Below are positions 13,790-26,436 of a DNA stretch of 64,000 nt, piece after piece (position 1 is the first letter of the stretch; each line of letters opens with the position of its first letter). Below the pieces are notes generated by a model that worked only from the letters and a program-made list of their open reading frames with translations, was not told the origin of the DNA and ran no database searches. This DNA comes from Octopus vulgaris (taxonomy: Eukaryota): assembly GCA_951406725.2 (NCBI GenBank), contig OX597815.1:121644001-121708000 (forward strand), read 5' to 3'. A program made the translations under genes and the position numbers.

Positions 13790-14120
13790 ACTGGCTCCCA
13801 TGCCTGTGGCATGTAAAAAGCGGCATTTGAGCATGGTCGTTGCCAGTGTCGCTTGACTGTTCCTGTACCAGTTGCATGAAAAAAGCATCATTCAAGCATA
13901 GTCAATGCCAGTACTGTCTGACTTGCCCACGTACCAGTGGCATGTAAAACATACCCACTACACTCTTGGAGTGGTTGGCTTTAGGAAGGGCATCGATGTG
14001 AAAACCTTGCCAGATCAGATTGGAGCCTGGTGCAGCCTTTTGGCTTGCCAGTCCTAAGTCAAACCGTCCAACACATGGCAGCATGGAAAGCAGACGTTAA
14101 ATGATGATGATGATGATGAT
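13790..14120 (+). mobile_element. RTE-LINE 3'-end fragment with (GAT)n tail inserted into a family A SINE (13610-14355). Similar fragments: ~3400-3600-, 16250-16700+, 21105-21250+, 24962-25355-, 26890-27200+, 40735-40975+
   Basis: Same sequence as the 3' UTR of the RTE element at 49960-50480, in reverse orientation. Confidence 0.75.
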
Positions 14121-15256
14121 CTATGTATATATATATATTTATTTATGTCTTTGTGTCTGTCTCCCCACTCCACTATTGCTTGACAACCGATGTTGGTGTG
14201 TTTACATCCCCATAACTTACCAGTTCGGCAAAAGAGATTGATAGAATAAGTACTAGGCTTACGAAGAATAAGTTCTGGGATCAATTTCTTCAACTAAAAA
14301 ACCCTTTAAGGTGGTGCTCCAGCATAGCCACAGTCAAATGACTGAAACAAGCAAAAGAATATATATATATATATATATATAAGAAAAAAAACAGAATTAA
14401 AAACTCCAGATATCAATAAAGCACTCAGTTTTAAATGAATTTGGTTAACTAAGGAACATGGTTCAGCTGTTAGATTATTGGATTCACAATCCTGAGGTAG
14501 TGAGTTCAATTCCTGGACTGGGCTGTGTTCTTGAGCAAGACACTTTAATTCATATTGCTCCAGTCACTGGTGCCAAGCTGTATTGGCCTTTACCTTTCCC
14601 TTGGATAACATTGGCGGTGTGGAGAGAGGAGGCTGGTATGCATGGGCAACTGCTGGTCTTCTATAAACAACCTTGCCTGAACTTGTGCCTTGGAAGGTAA
14701 CTTTCTAGGTGCAATCCATGGTCATTCAAGACCAAAGAGGGTCTTCACTCTAATAATAATAATAATATATTATTATTATGCTTTATATCCAACAATCAGA
14801 CACCAGTAAATGTAAGTGAAATACACATTCCTCGTGTATGACAAGAGGATCCAAATACCATTTAGAGGAATTTCAGGAAATTCAGAGTATTTGGCAACAA
14901 AAATATATATAGAGAAAATCACATCTTTTTTGTAGAATTCACCTTATATAGCTGACAGGTATATCTTTATAAAAAATATCATTTAAATTATTATATATCT
15001 TGTGTGTGCAGTTAGATGTGTGAATACTATTGTATCAAGAGCTTCAGATTATTCAGGCAGCTTCCGGTACATTGGTTAGTTTACCACTGTGCTTAGCAGT
15101 CTTACTAGTAATGACATAGAGGCCATATGTAGTAGAAAATTAAGATACACTCAAGTAGAAATTATTAGTTTCTACTTATGTTTCACTATTGCAATGGTGA
15201 AATGTATGCAGAAACTAATAATTTATACCTGTGTTTATCTTAGTTTTCTACTCATA

Positions 15257-15308
<52 letters not shown>

Positions 15309-15384
15309 GAATTTACAAAAGACAAAGATGGGTGTGTAAACAACAAACAGTTAACACTTGGGAAGTAAGAAAGTCTTCTACGTT

Positions 15385-15418
<34 letters not shown>

Positions 15419-15419
15419 A

Positions 15420-15793
15420 GCAGGAGTGGCTGTGTGGTAAGTAGCTTGCTTCCCAACCACATGGTTCCAGGTTCATTCCCACTGCGTGGCACCTTGGGCA
15501 AATGTCTTCTACTATAGCCTTGGGCCGACCAAAGCCTTATGAGTGGATTTGGTAGACGGAAACTGAAAGAAGCCTGTCGTATATATGTATGTGTGTGTGT
15601 CTGTGTTTGTCCTCCCAGTATCGCTTGACAACCAATGGTAGTGTGTTTACATCCCCATAACTTAGCTGTTCGGCAAAAGAGACTGATAGAATTAGTACTA
15701 GGCTTCCAAATTATAAGTCCTGGGGTCAATTTGCTCGACTACAGGCAGTGCTCCAGCATGGCCGCAGTCAAATGACTGAAACAAGTAAAAGAG
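15420..15793 (+). mobile_element. SINE family A, well-preserved copy. Other copies: 13610-14355+, 21275-21658-, 22905-23265+, 28105-28470+, 28540-28910+, 31490-32290-, 32300-32525+, 36035-36365+, 38070-38455-, 39790-40020-, 44035-44335+
   Basis: A box TGGCTGTGTGG, B box GGTTCATTCC, internal microsatellite, 3' end ...gactgaaacaagtaaaagag; many dispersed copies in both orientations. Confidence 0.88.
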
Positions 15794-15817
15794 TATATAT
15801 ATATATATATATATATA

Positions 15818-16145
15818 ACAACATAAGGGACTAAAGCCATCTGAATATGGTTAGGGACAGGGCCGACACCGTCACGGTGCCCTAAACCTGCAAAGGGAGG
15901 TAATTCCCCGATGAAGCGGAGGCCTACCACACGCCGATGATAGGCAATACACCTTGAAACCATGGTCCGTGTGTGGTTTCCGCTTCATCGGGGAATTACC
16001 TCCCTTTGCAGGTTTAGGGCACCGTGACGGTGTCGAGCCTTTCTGGTGACGTCGATGTTCGCCTGGGGCTAAATGCAACAGTAACACCCCCACCACCCTG
16101 CCCTGTCCCTAACCATATTCAGATGGCTTTAGTCCCTTATGTTGT
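15818..16145 (+). mobile_element. 328-bp foldback element (A-B-loop-B'-C-A'), Penelope pseudo-LTR/retrozyme-like, next to a (TA)n tract
   Basis: Perfect inverted pairs 15818-15863/16100-16145 (46 bp) and 15864-15920/15979-16035 (57 bp); GC-richer than the flanks; hammerhead motif in the loop. Confidence 0.75.
15928..15973 (+). ncRNA. Minimal type I hammerhead ribozyme motif (variant core)
   Basis: cacacg-CCGAUGA-U-AGG-caauaca-CCU-U-GAAA-CCAUGG-UC-cgugug: 6-bp helix I, 3-bp helix II, palindromic helix III (ACCAUGGU), predicted GUC cleavage after 15967. C replaces the canonical U4. Confidence 0.72.
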
Positions 16146-16820
16146 CGAGCAGTTACTGTCTATATTCCTTTTAGAGAATTATTATTGCTATATATATATA
16201 TATAAAAATCAAATCACAATCAAAAATGGAAATTGTAGTTGTGGCTGTTGCTAGTGCTGCTTGACTGGCTCTCATTCTGGTGGCACGCAATAAGCACTAT
16301 TCATGTGTGGGTCATTGCCAGTGCTGCCTGACTGTCTCCCCGTGCAGGTGGCATGTAAAAACCACCATCCGAACATGGTCAATACCAGCCCCACCCCACC
16401 CCACCCCACCCTGACTGACTCCTGTGTGGGTAGCATATAAAAAGCACCATCCAAATGTGGCTAATGCCAGTGCCACCTGACTGGCTTCTGTGCCAGTGAC
16501 ACATAAAGAGCACCTACTACACTCTCAGAATGGTTGGTGTTAGGAAGGACATCCAGCTGTAGCAACATTGTCAGATCAGATTGGATCCCGGTGCAGCTTC
16601 CTGGCTTGCCAGTCCCCAGTCAAACCGTTCAACCCATGCCAGCATAGAAAATGGATGTTAAATGATGATGATGATGATGATGATGATAATGAGGATGATG
16701 ATGATATACATATATTATATTACAGAAAATAAAGTAAATCTCAAATGCAGAATAGCTGTGAATACAGCTTAGAAAATTGGGCAAGTACTTTTAAAAGATA
16801 GGGTGGGGAGTGACCAGGAT

Positions 16821-16893
16821 GCTACTACAGAGAATTGAACCCTGTACTTCTCAAATTCTGGCTGAGCACTCTGAACAGTTAAGTTAAGCAACC
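16821..16893 (-). pseudogene. Degenerate tRNA-like sequence (tRNA relic or retroelement head)
   Basis: Minus strand has T-arm CAGGG-TTCAATT-CTCTG, a decayed A box and partial acceptor and anticodon pairing; not a functional tRNA. Confidence 0.45.
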
Positions 16894-16974
16894 TCTGGCA
16901 TCAAATACCATCTTTTATAATGCTAAATAATAGCTTTTGGAATGTGAGAGAATTTTTAATCTGCAGAAGTTACA

Positions 16975-17190
16975 ATGTCTGGACGTATGTGCATGTGTTA
17001 GTGAGTTCGTATTTCCACTCCTCTATGTATGCCCAACATAATATTGAAGCATTGCAAATGTTGCATACTTGGTGTTTCATGTGACTCAACCCAATACTCA
17101 AGTAATCCATACTAGTTAACAAAGCTAGCAGTTTGATGTGAGAGTTTGGGAAATGCAATACATTAAGGTTTCTGTTGGTGAAGAACAATG
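16975..17190 (-). mobile_element. Penelope-like GIY-YIG endonuclease remnant
   Basis: With frameshifts, 17065-16990 reads CNICNA..YYVGHT*R..IRTH*H, matching the Penelope pattern C-x2-C-x3-YIG-x-T-x-R-x4-R-x2-EH. Confidence 0.55.
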
Positions 17191-17329
17191 AATGGCTGCA
17201 GCTTTATTTGGATGAATATTTTATTGTGAGGCTTAATTACAAGACTTGAACAAATAAATTCTAGACTCTTTATATGTATGTTAAAACATTAAAGAGATGT
17301 AACATCAGGTCTCCAAAATGATGGAAATT

Positions 17330-17965
17330 TAATAGATATATTCAAGCTATCCTTGTCTCCAGCAATGATATTGCTGTTATGTGATATTATGTGATACAAT
17401 ATCAAATGTTCTAAATATTTGGTCATAAATTAAATTTTTATGAGAGAGGTAGTTGAATGAAATGGGATGAAAAATAATATGAATTGAAGATAAATTGTTA
17501 TAAATCACTCAAGCTAGGCAAATATATCTAAATTGAGATTTTCTAAACTGACCTAAGAGATTTCATATTACAAAAAAGATGTTTGTGGATATGAAGTGAT
17601 AGAAAAGTGGTATGTACACAAACCAGAGAATATTATGGCAAATGATGCTTACAGAATTTTACGGGATTTCGCCATGAAAATTGACTATTCTGTTGAAGCA
17701 GGGAGACTAGATATGATCATGGAAGACTGAAAGTACAAATCTTGTATGATTTTGAAATTTTGTGAGATAGATTGCATGGAAAGTAAGCTAAGAAGATTGA
17801 GAAATATCAGTATGTAGCCAGACAGATGATATAAATGTTGCACATGACATAATGGCTAACATTGCTACTGAAGAGGCTGAAAGATATTAGAACTGAAATA
17901 TTGTTGGTTTGCAAAATGTGCTATGCTGAATTCTACAAGAATCCTAAGGAAAGTTCTTGAGATTT
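17330..17965 (+). mobile_element. Old R4/Dong-like non-LTR retrotransposon 3' remnant (RLE domain)
   Basis: KWYVHKPENIMANDAYRILRDF..EAGRLDMI..KIEKYQ..AMLNSTRILRKVLE matches KWY.H.PE..ILWDF..RPDI..K.EKY..LLGTARILRKVL; 5' boundary uncertain. Confidence 0.75.
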
Positions 17966-18039
17966 GTTGTCACCAAATCTCAACATAATATCTCTGCTAA
18001 TTGAATTATCATGTAATAGCCTTTGTATAATAAGGATAA

Positions 18040-18235
18040 TACATTACAAAAACACCAGGACTTACAAGTGTATATAACATAGAAAAAATAGCACTACTAG
18101 GCACCACACACATCCTGTGTGAAACACTTTCTATACAGTGAAAATAAGAGAGCCATAACAAACCACAGCACATACCCAAGGTACACGGAGCTGTGCTCGG
18201 TAGTGCAGTGAAAGCATGTGATAAAAATAAGACTA

Positions 18236-18268
<33 letters not shown>
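18040..18268 (+). mobile_element. Younger R4/Dong-like 3' end with (TAA)n tail
   Basis: ITKTPGLTSVYNIEKIALLGTTHILCETLSIQ*, short 3' UTR, then (TAA)n. Confidence 0.72.
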
Positions 18269-18270
<2 letters not shown>

Positions 18271-21200
18271 CTCTTTATTAACCACAAGGGTTTACATTAA
18301 GAAAAACGTTATGGACAGCACAGGACAAAACAAAGAATGTGTGTTGTAAGGGGGTTTTTTTTAAATGTGCAATAGTAATAATAATAATAATCCTTTCTAC
18401 TAAAGGCACACAGCCTGAAATTTGGGGGAAAGGAGCTAGTCGATTACATCTATCCCCAGTGTTTCACTGGTACTTAATTTATTGATCCTTCAAAGATGAA
18501 AGGTAAAGTTGACTTCAGTAGAATTTGAACTCAGAACGTAGCAACAGGTGAAATACTGTTCAATCTGGTTGCCATAATGATAATAATAATAATAATATTT
18601 ATTTCTAATGTTGGCGCAAGGCAGCAGTTTTGAGGTGTGGGGGCAAGTTCATCATATCAATTCTAGTACTCAAGTGATATTCTATTTTATTGACCCTTAA
18701 AGGATGAAAGACGAAGTTGACCTCATGATTTGAACCCAGAACATAGAGAGCCAGAAGAAATGTCACTAAGCATTTTGTCTGAGATGGGTGCTTTTTACAT
18801 GGACTTGCATGAGGGCACTTGCAAGGCAAAAATTCCTTCAGCTGGTTGGGGTGGGGAATTAACAATTCTTCTGTGGTGGACAGGTCTTCTTGAGTACAGT
18901 AAAGTGCCATATATCTTGGTCCTTTGTCATCTCCTTAATAAGGTACAGTGTCCTGAGATCAGCCTTCAGTATTTTGTCCCATGTCCTCTTGGGTTTCCCT
19001 CTTCCACTAGTTCCATCCACTTTAAGTGATCAGCACTTCTTTATGCAACTATCTACATCTATATGTCTCACATGGCCTACAAGTGCAGTCTTCCTTCTTG
19101 CTCACTGCATCTAATTCCTAACTTTCCTCTCAATACTAGCACTCTGTCTCACTTGTATACTTACATTGCACGTTCAGCAGAGCATACTAGGGTCATTCCC
19201 CTCCAGCGTTCATGTGTCCTCTGCATTCAGGGCCCACATCCCAATAATAATAATAATCTTTTGTATTATAGGCATAAAGCTGGAAATTTGGTGGGTGGGG
19301 CTAGTTGATTACATTGACCCCAGTACCCAACAAGTACTTATTTTATCGATTCTGAAAGGATGAAAGGTGAAGTCATCCTCAGCGGAATTTGAACTCAGAA
19401 CGTTTTTCTAGTAGGCTAATGATTTTGCTAGTTCATCCGCCTTAATAATAATTATGATAACAATAACAACAACGACAACAACTACAAGAGGAAGAAGAAT
19501 GATGATGATAACAATGATAACAACAATAATAATAATTATAAGATAATCTGTATAGATTTGATTTGATCACTTCATTCTTTAGTTTATCTTCTACTTGAAA
19601 CCATCTGTTCACATTATATATCCATTCCAGTGTAGTTATCTCACGTTCATATATCAGATGTTTTCAATATTTAATCATTTCCCCAGCTTAACTTCACCTT
19701 GCATAACTCAACATTTCATCCTGAGATCTTTTCTCATACTGCCAGACATGATATTATTCTTTTAAAATAAGACTCAGAAGTAGAATATTGTTACTATATT
19801 ATCATGTAAATTATTAATATCAGATTATCTGATAATCAACATGTAGCATGATCAAGGAAGATTATAGGAAATGAGAATATTTCCTGTTTTAGCAACTGAC
19901 AATATGAATGATATTTTCACACTGAATATTAGAATATAAGTATTGTTGAAAAGATTTTTTATCAAAACCTATTATATGCATGCTTTTTACATTCATTATA
20001 TACTGAAATAGTGATAAAACTCTATTTTCTAGACTTGACCTGAAATAATACCACTATGTTTGTATTTGGTGTTGACAAAGCCCTACATATATATCACCAG
20101 ACTTGCATTGTTGGCTTTCAAATACAAGGAAATATTTATATTTTTAATTTATAGAGATCTTGCCAAGTAATTATGTTCTGTATATACACATTGTAAGTTT
20201 CCTACAAAGAAAATGATCTTTCAATTATAGTAACAGTTTTCTTTTAGATTAGACTTCCTCCTTATTACTCTTGTCACATATAATAAAACTGTGGAAAGGA
20301 AAATTGGATGATAAATTAATTTACTACAACTACTATTAACAGAGTTTCTACTAATTTGGGTGCCACATGCAAGTTAATTGTTAAACATGTCCTTCGACAC
20401 AAGTTATTGTCAGGTCACTGGTTTTGCAGAAATGTTAAATGCTAGACTGAATAGATATTGATTTATTGGCTGTATTTATTGACAAAACCAGATAATGAGC
20501 AGTATGTATTTAGTTGAATTATTGTTGGGAGTCAGAGATTTATTAGTATTTTTAACACTGATATAAAATACACGATAAACCAGTTTGTGAAGAATGATTG
20601 TATTTAGGGTGATAACTAAGTTTTTTAAATATTTTTTTGTCTTACTATACTATTTGTTAACATATTCTTAATGCAAGGTAATTTATTAAGAATACATAAA
20701 AAAAAAAAAGAGAAGTTTCTGGAATCTCATTAAATTCTTTCAGAAAAAATAAAGCATGTTTGCCTTTGAGGAAAACCACAATTTCTTTTCTGCTTATCAC
20801 TACTAAAGGAGACCTTATATGAGATTCTTGTTAACAAAAAGTATAGAAATTTCTATGCAAAAGGTAGCTATATGATGTTACTTTATTAGAAATGTGTTTG
20901 TTTGTTTTTTACACAATGTGTTAGATATCTTTGCAATCAAGATTGACTTTGTAATCAAAATTCTAATAAACATTCCATGCACAAACAGATTCAAGGTATA
21001 AAAAAAAAACAATTAACACCTCCATTTAGTCAAGCGAACTGCTACCTTTACTTTACTTTGTCTTGAAAGTTAATAGATGATCTCACTACTACTAGTGTCA
21101 CAAAATAAGTACCCCATACACTCTGTAAGGTGGTTGGTGTTCAGAATGGCATCCAGCTAAAGAAACCATACCAAAGCTGATATTGTGGCCTGACGCAGCT

Positions 21201-21464
21201 CTGTGGGGTGATTCATCCTGTCAAACTGTCCAGCTCATGCCAAGCATGGAAAACAAAGAAAACAAACATTAAATGGTACTTTTATTTGTTTCAGTCATTT
21301 TGCTGCAGCCATGCTGGAGCACCGCCTTTAGTCGAACAAATTGACCCTTGGACTTATTCTTTGTAAGCCTAGTACTTATGCTATCAATCTCTTTTTGCTG
21401 AATCACTAAGTTATGGGAACATAAAGACATCAGCATCAGTTGTCAAGCGATTGTGGGGGGACAA

Positions 21465-21524
<60 letters not shown>

Positions 21525-24500
21525 GGCTTCTTTCAGTTTCTGTCTTCCAAATCCACTAACAAGGCTTTGGTTGGCCTGAGGCTATAGTAGATGACACTTG
21601 CTCTAGGTGCCACACAGTGGGACTGAACCCAGAACCATGTAGTTGGGAAGCAAGCTTCACCAAGATTTTGTACAGTCTGCAATTTGAGGACTACAGACAA
21701 GAAATGGAAGAACTGAAGAAATTCTTGTAAGTTTTAGACATCTGTTCAAAGCTACAGGTCAGCAAATATTGATTTACCAATTGCAGCTGCAAAATTGATA
21801 TTTTATGTTTCATTTCTGGAATATTTTAATTACCATTTACATTGATTCATGGCCCCAATTTTTTAATCATCTCTAATCTCAGTTTATCTAAATTAGTTTT
21901 TAGTTCTCTTGAAAATTTTACATTAATGGGCCATACATTGCCCTTACATATGTGACTTATGGACTAGCATGTTTTCTCTTCATTGTAGTTTGTTATTAAA
22001 TACTTTGAGATTTTCCTGTAGAAAATATCATCATCATTATCATGTTCATTTTTCCATGCTCAAATGGATAAGACAGATTTTTGGTGGCTGGATCCCCTTC
22101 CTGTCACTAACCCTCACTTGTTTTCAGGTAAAGTAATACTTCCCATTGGTTGACCATGTTTTTCACAAATAACTGGAAAGAAATGATACCACTTGACTGA
22201 TGTTGTATTCTCTTACAATTGTCATGTAATAGTAAGACAATACACAAATATACACGCACGGATGGACGGACAGACAGAGGGGACAGGATTTTTTCATTTT
22301 CCTAGTACCAAATCCTGTCATGAGGTATGGATGGTTCAGAGTTATAGTGGAAGACACTTACCCAAGATGCTATACAGTGGGACTGGACCTGATACCAACA
22401 GTTTGGGAAGCAAATTTCTTACTACATTGCCATTTTGAATTTGTAATAATGTTAACATAAACCTTCACTTTAGTTAAGATGAACAGATTATTAAGTTTCC
22501 TTTGTAATAAAACTCTATATAATATTAATGATTAAATTTCCTAATTTATGTATATATACATTTTTTTAGTTATCAGTTTATTGAAAACTCAATACTTTCC
22601 ATTATACTTAATTGCTACATTAGATCCACTATATATTGATTCTAACTTTGCCTTGTTAAGCATGATAAAGATTTTATAAATTTTAAGTTAAAATTCGGTA
22701 AACATTTATGAAAGATGTTCAAAAGTATAGGTAGATAACTAGTTTCAGTGATTAATTTCACATCTTAAATATTGTGTCAAAGACTTTTAACATATCAAAA
22801 GCTTTTTTTTTTTTTGTCCTGAAGTAGGAAATATGTAAAATCTAAACAGTTGTTGCTTATCATCTACAAAGCACAATGACATCCTCACATTATAAATTTG
22901 ATCACGTGACTGCATGGTAAGATGTTTGCTTCCTGGCAACATGATTCCACGTTCAGTCCCATTGCATGGAAATTTGGGCAAGTTTGGGCAAGCTTTGTGA
23001 GTTTGGTTGACAGAAACTGAAAGAAGCCCACCATATACCTATATATGTATCTGTCTTTGTGTGCATGTTTGTCCCCACCCCCACTGCTCCACCACTTGAC
23101 AACTGGTGTTGGTTTGTTTACATGTTTATAAATTGGCATTCAGCAAAAAAGTACTAGGCTTAAAAAATAAGAACTGGATTCAGTTCCTTCAACTAAAACC
23201 CTTCAAGATGGTACCCCAGCATTAGCTGCAGTCCAATGACTGAAACAAAGAAATCAATAAAAGATATCTTTCTCAGAGAAACTGCAACATTCCCATTCTT
23301 GATGGTGCTTGAAAATACTCAACAGATGAGTCTTTGCTTTTGAACACACTACAAATAGCATCTGAGCACACTATGAGCACCATGTCACTGACATTCTGTG
23401 CCTCTTTGATTGTGCTGCATCATCCTTTCTCTCGTGATAGTGACATCTGTGTACAGCCTCATTCTGTACTTACTTTCTTTCAAAATATTGAATTTTACTG
23501 AATTTCAATTTTCAATTGTTTCAACTATATCAGTCTGAGAATATTTGGGGAAAAAAACCAAATAAACAAACAAAAAAAAGAACCCCACCTACTCATGGAA
23601 ATAAGAACAGATTAATTCTTTTAATTATATAATAATAGTAATGAAAATCAATAAGAAGAATCACTAAAAAACAATTCCAAAACAACAAACAGATCATCAA
23701 AAGAATATGAACTAAATATCTGTAAATAAGAGTGTTTTTTTTCAGAATTTTTTTTTATATAAATATATTAGCATTCTGAAACGTATAAGTTTATGTATAA
23801 ATATATATATTTGCTTTATTGTAATTTGAAAATCGTTGACAAGAATAACTTATTTAAACTATTTCAGTTAACTTCCATCTTCCATACCCCATAAGACTGA
23901 TTACTCATTAATAATTATCTCTGATCGTAGAAACATCAAGCGAATGATGCTGCTTTTAGTATTGGCTTGTGATCAGTAAATTTTTATCTGTTGTCTCTAT
24001 TTATAACAGTAATAATTTATATATATATATATAAATAATAAATTGTAAATCATTCATTGTCATTATCATCATTGCCATCATGTTATGCTCACTTTTCTGT
24101 GGGTTTGACAGATCTTCTCTAGTATAGTGTCTTACCATTTGTTGTAATCCCTGAGATCACCTTTCACTATTTATGCCTGTGTCTTTCTTATTCTTCATCT
24201 TCATAATCTTCCATTTGGATCACTTGGAAATTGATCCATCTGTTATCCACTATATGCATCACATGTCCACACCACCGCAATCAGGTCTTGTGAATGCTAC
24301 ATCTCATTCCCTTTATATCCAGTCTTTTTCTGTGCTCATTTATGCTCTGCCATTCATGCACATTAACATTATACATCCAACAGAGCATACTTACTTCTTT
24401 CCAGCTTTTGCGCATTCTTTGCATTCAGTGCCCAAATTTTTGCTACCATGCAACACTGTGCTTTATACACAAACATCAGATAATCTGTGAGAAAGAGAAT

Positions 24501-25926
24501 CCCCTTGTAGCTAGAAACATTAATAGCTCCCTCAAATTTTTCCAACCTATCCTTGAACTCTGGCCTCCTATGATTATTAGGTTACCAAGGTAGCAAATTC
24601 TATGAACTACTAATATGGCTTTCTCCATGCATTTGAAAGAATATTTCATAGTTCTCATACTGTTAGATACTCCTGTGCATTAGTACATACATATTCTTTG
24701 TTAGCCTGTCTGAATGCTGCTATCATCCCATACACACTTTTTCCCAAAGTTGTCATTATTTACAATCACATACTGTTGTGAAATTCAGAACACTTTGCAT
24801 TTCTGTTGGCACATCCCTGACTTTCCATATCTCTTTGCTACACGTAACTGTAAACTACTTGATATTGTTCCTTGTTTCCTCTTTCTTCCAGGCCTGGCTC
24901 TTAGCAGTTAATACTGTATCTCCCCTATGTCCCTTTCTATTCACTAGAGAAGCTGTTCCATCCCATCATCATCATTTAACATCTGCTTTCCATGTTGGCA
25001 TGGTTTGGACTGAGTACTAGCAATCCAGAAGGCTGCACCAGGCTCCAATCTGATCTGGTAAGGTTTCTACAGCTAGATGCCCTTCCTAATGCCAACCACT
25101 CCAAGAGTGTAGTGGGTGTATTTTACATGCCTCTGGCATGAGGGCTAGTCAGGCTGTACTGGCATCGACCATGTTTAAGCGGTGGTTTCTACGTGCCAGC
25201 AGCATGGGAGCCAGTCAGGCAGTACTGACAACAACCACGCTTGGATGGTGCTTTTTATGTGCCACCGGCATGGGAATCAGTCAGGCGGCACTGGCAACGA
25301 CCACACTCAAATGGTGCTTTTTACATGCCACCAGCATGAGAGCCAGTCAGGCAGCATTATATATTAATTTTTATTTGAAACCACTTTTGCCCTCCCAGTA
25401 AAGCAACCTGTGATACAGGTTGCAAAGTCCATACTTTCCTTTTGGCATGATCATATAGTGGTTGTCTTCATGACAATTATCTATAACACCCCTCCATAAT
25501 AATATGATTGCTTAGTGTGACTGAAATACAGTAATTTTTATAGTCATCAAAGTTTGTTTCCAAGATTTGTTACTAGTTTAGGGACACTTAGTTGGAATTG
25601 AAGTTGTCTTCATAATTTATAGAGGATTGTGGTAGTTGCCAAGCTATTTATTCTACAAGAGTTATCTCTACAGGAAGTTCTCTACATTATGGTGCTAATG
25701 GAAGATTCCATTAATGAGGTTGGGTTTATTTTAGTTGCCTATGATGATGTCAGGAGTACTGGCTGTCAGGCCATGGTGATGTAGGCAGGTGTTCCAACAG
25801 GCAACTGTAGGGAAACTTTTGCACTATCTCTCACTTATAACAGAAATTACAGGAATTATAGGAATAACAGAAATTATAGGAATACATAGAATCATCTTAT
25901 CAGTCTCTTTTTATCCATAGTAAATA

Positions 25927-26436
25927 CCGTAAATCCTCGAGTATAGTCCGCCCTTGAGTATAATACACAGGGGATTTTTAGGGGGCTGAACCTCTGAAAA
26001 ACTTAAACCTTGTGTATAATACACACCCTTTCTCTAACTTGAGTCAAGGAGTCTATATAACGTCCGTGATTTGTAAAAATGTAAACGGCAACGTCCTTTA
26101 TTATTATTGTATATATAACATAATGCAAACATATAGCTTTTTGTGCATTTTGTTTGCAGAAAATAAAGAAATAACTGTAATAACGTTTAATAAATGTTGC
26201 TTACTGCAAGTTATGGATGATTCTTTTATGACTTCATTGCTTTCAGGCTTAGCTTAAGGTATTTTCGCGACCAACATCACAAAATGCATCTGAATAAACA
26301 TTGCCGGACAGCAAATAGAGACTCGGACATTGCTTAGAAAATAATTTTCATTTTTAACCTCGTATATAGTACACACTAGGGATTTTGACCTATAAATTTG
26401 GGGAAAAAAATGCGGATTATACTCAAGGATTTACTG
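25927..26436. mobile_element. Tc1/mariner-superfamily (Tc2/pogo-like) MITE
   Basis: TIRs ccgtaaatcctcgagtata / tatactcaaggatttactg with TA flanks. Confidence 0.8.

Noticed and set aside
15300-15390. Half hammerhead (minus strand CGAAACGUA) in a short element between (TA)n tracts
   Set aside because: The sequence breaks into (TA)n where helix II and CUGANGA would be, so it cannot be supported as a ribozyme.
15904-15920. Extra CCGATGAAGCGG motif in arm B and its mirror as additional hammerheads
   Set aside because: No helix II followed by GAAA can be formed in either orientation.
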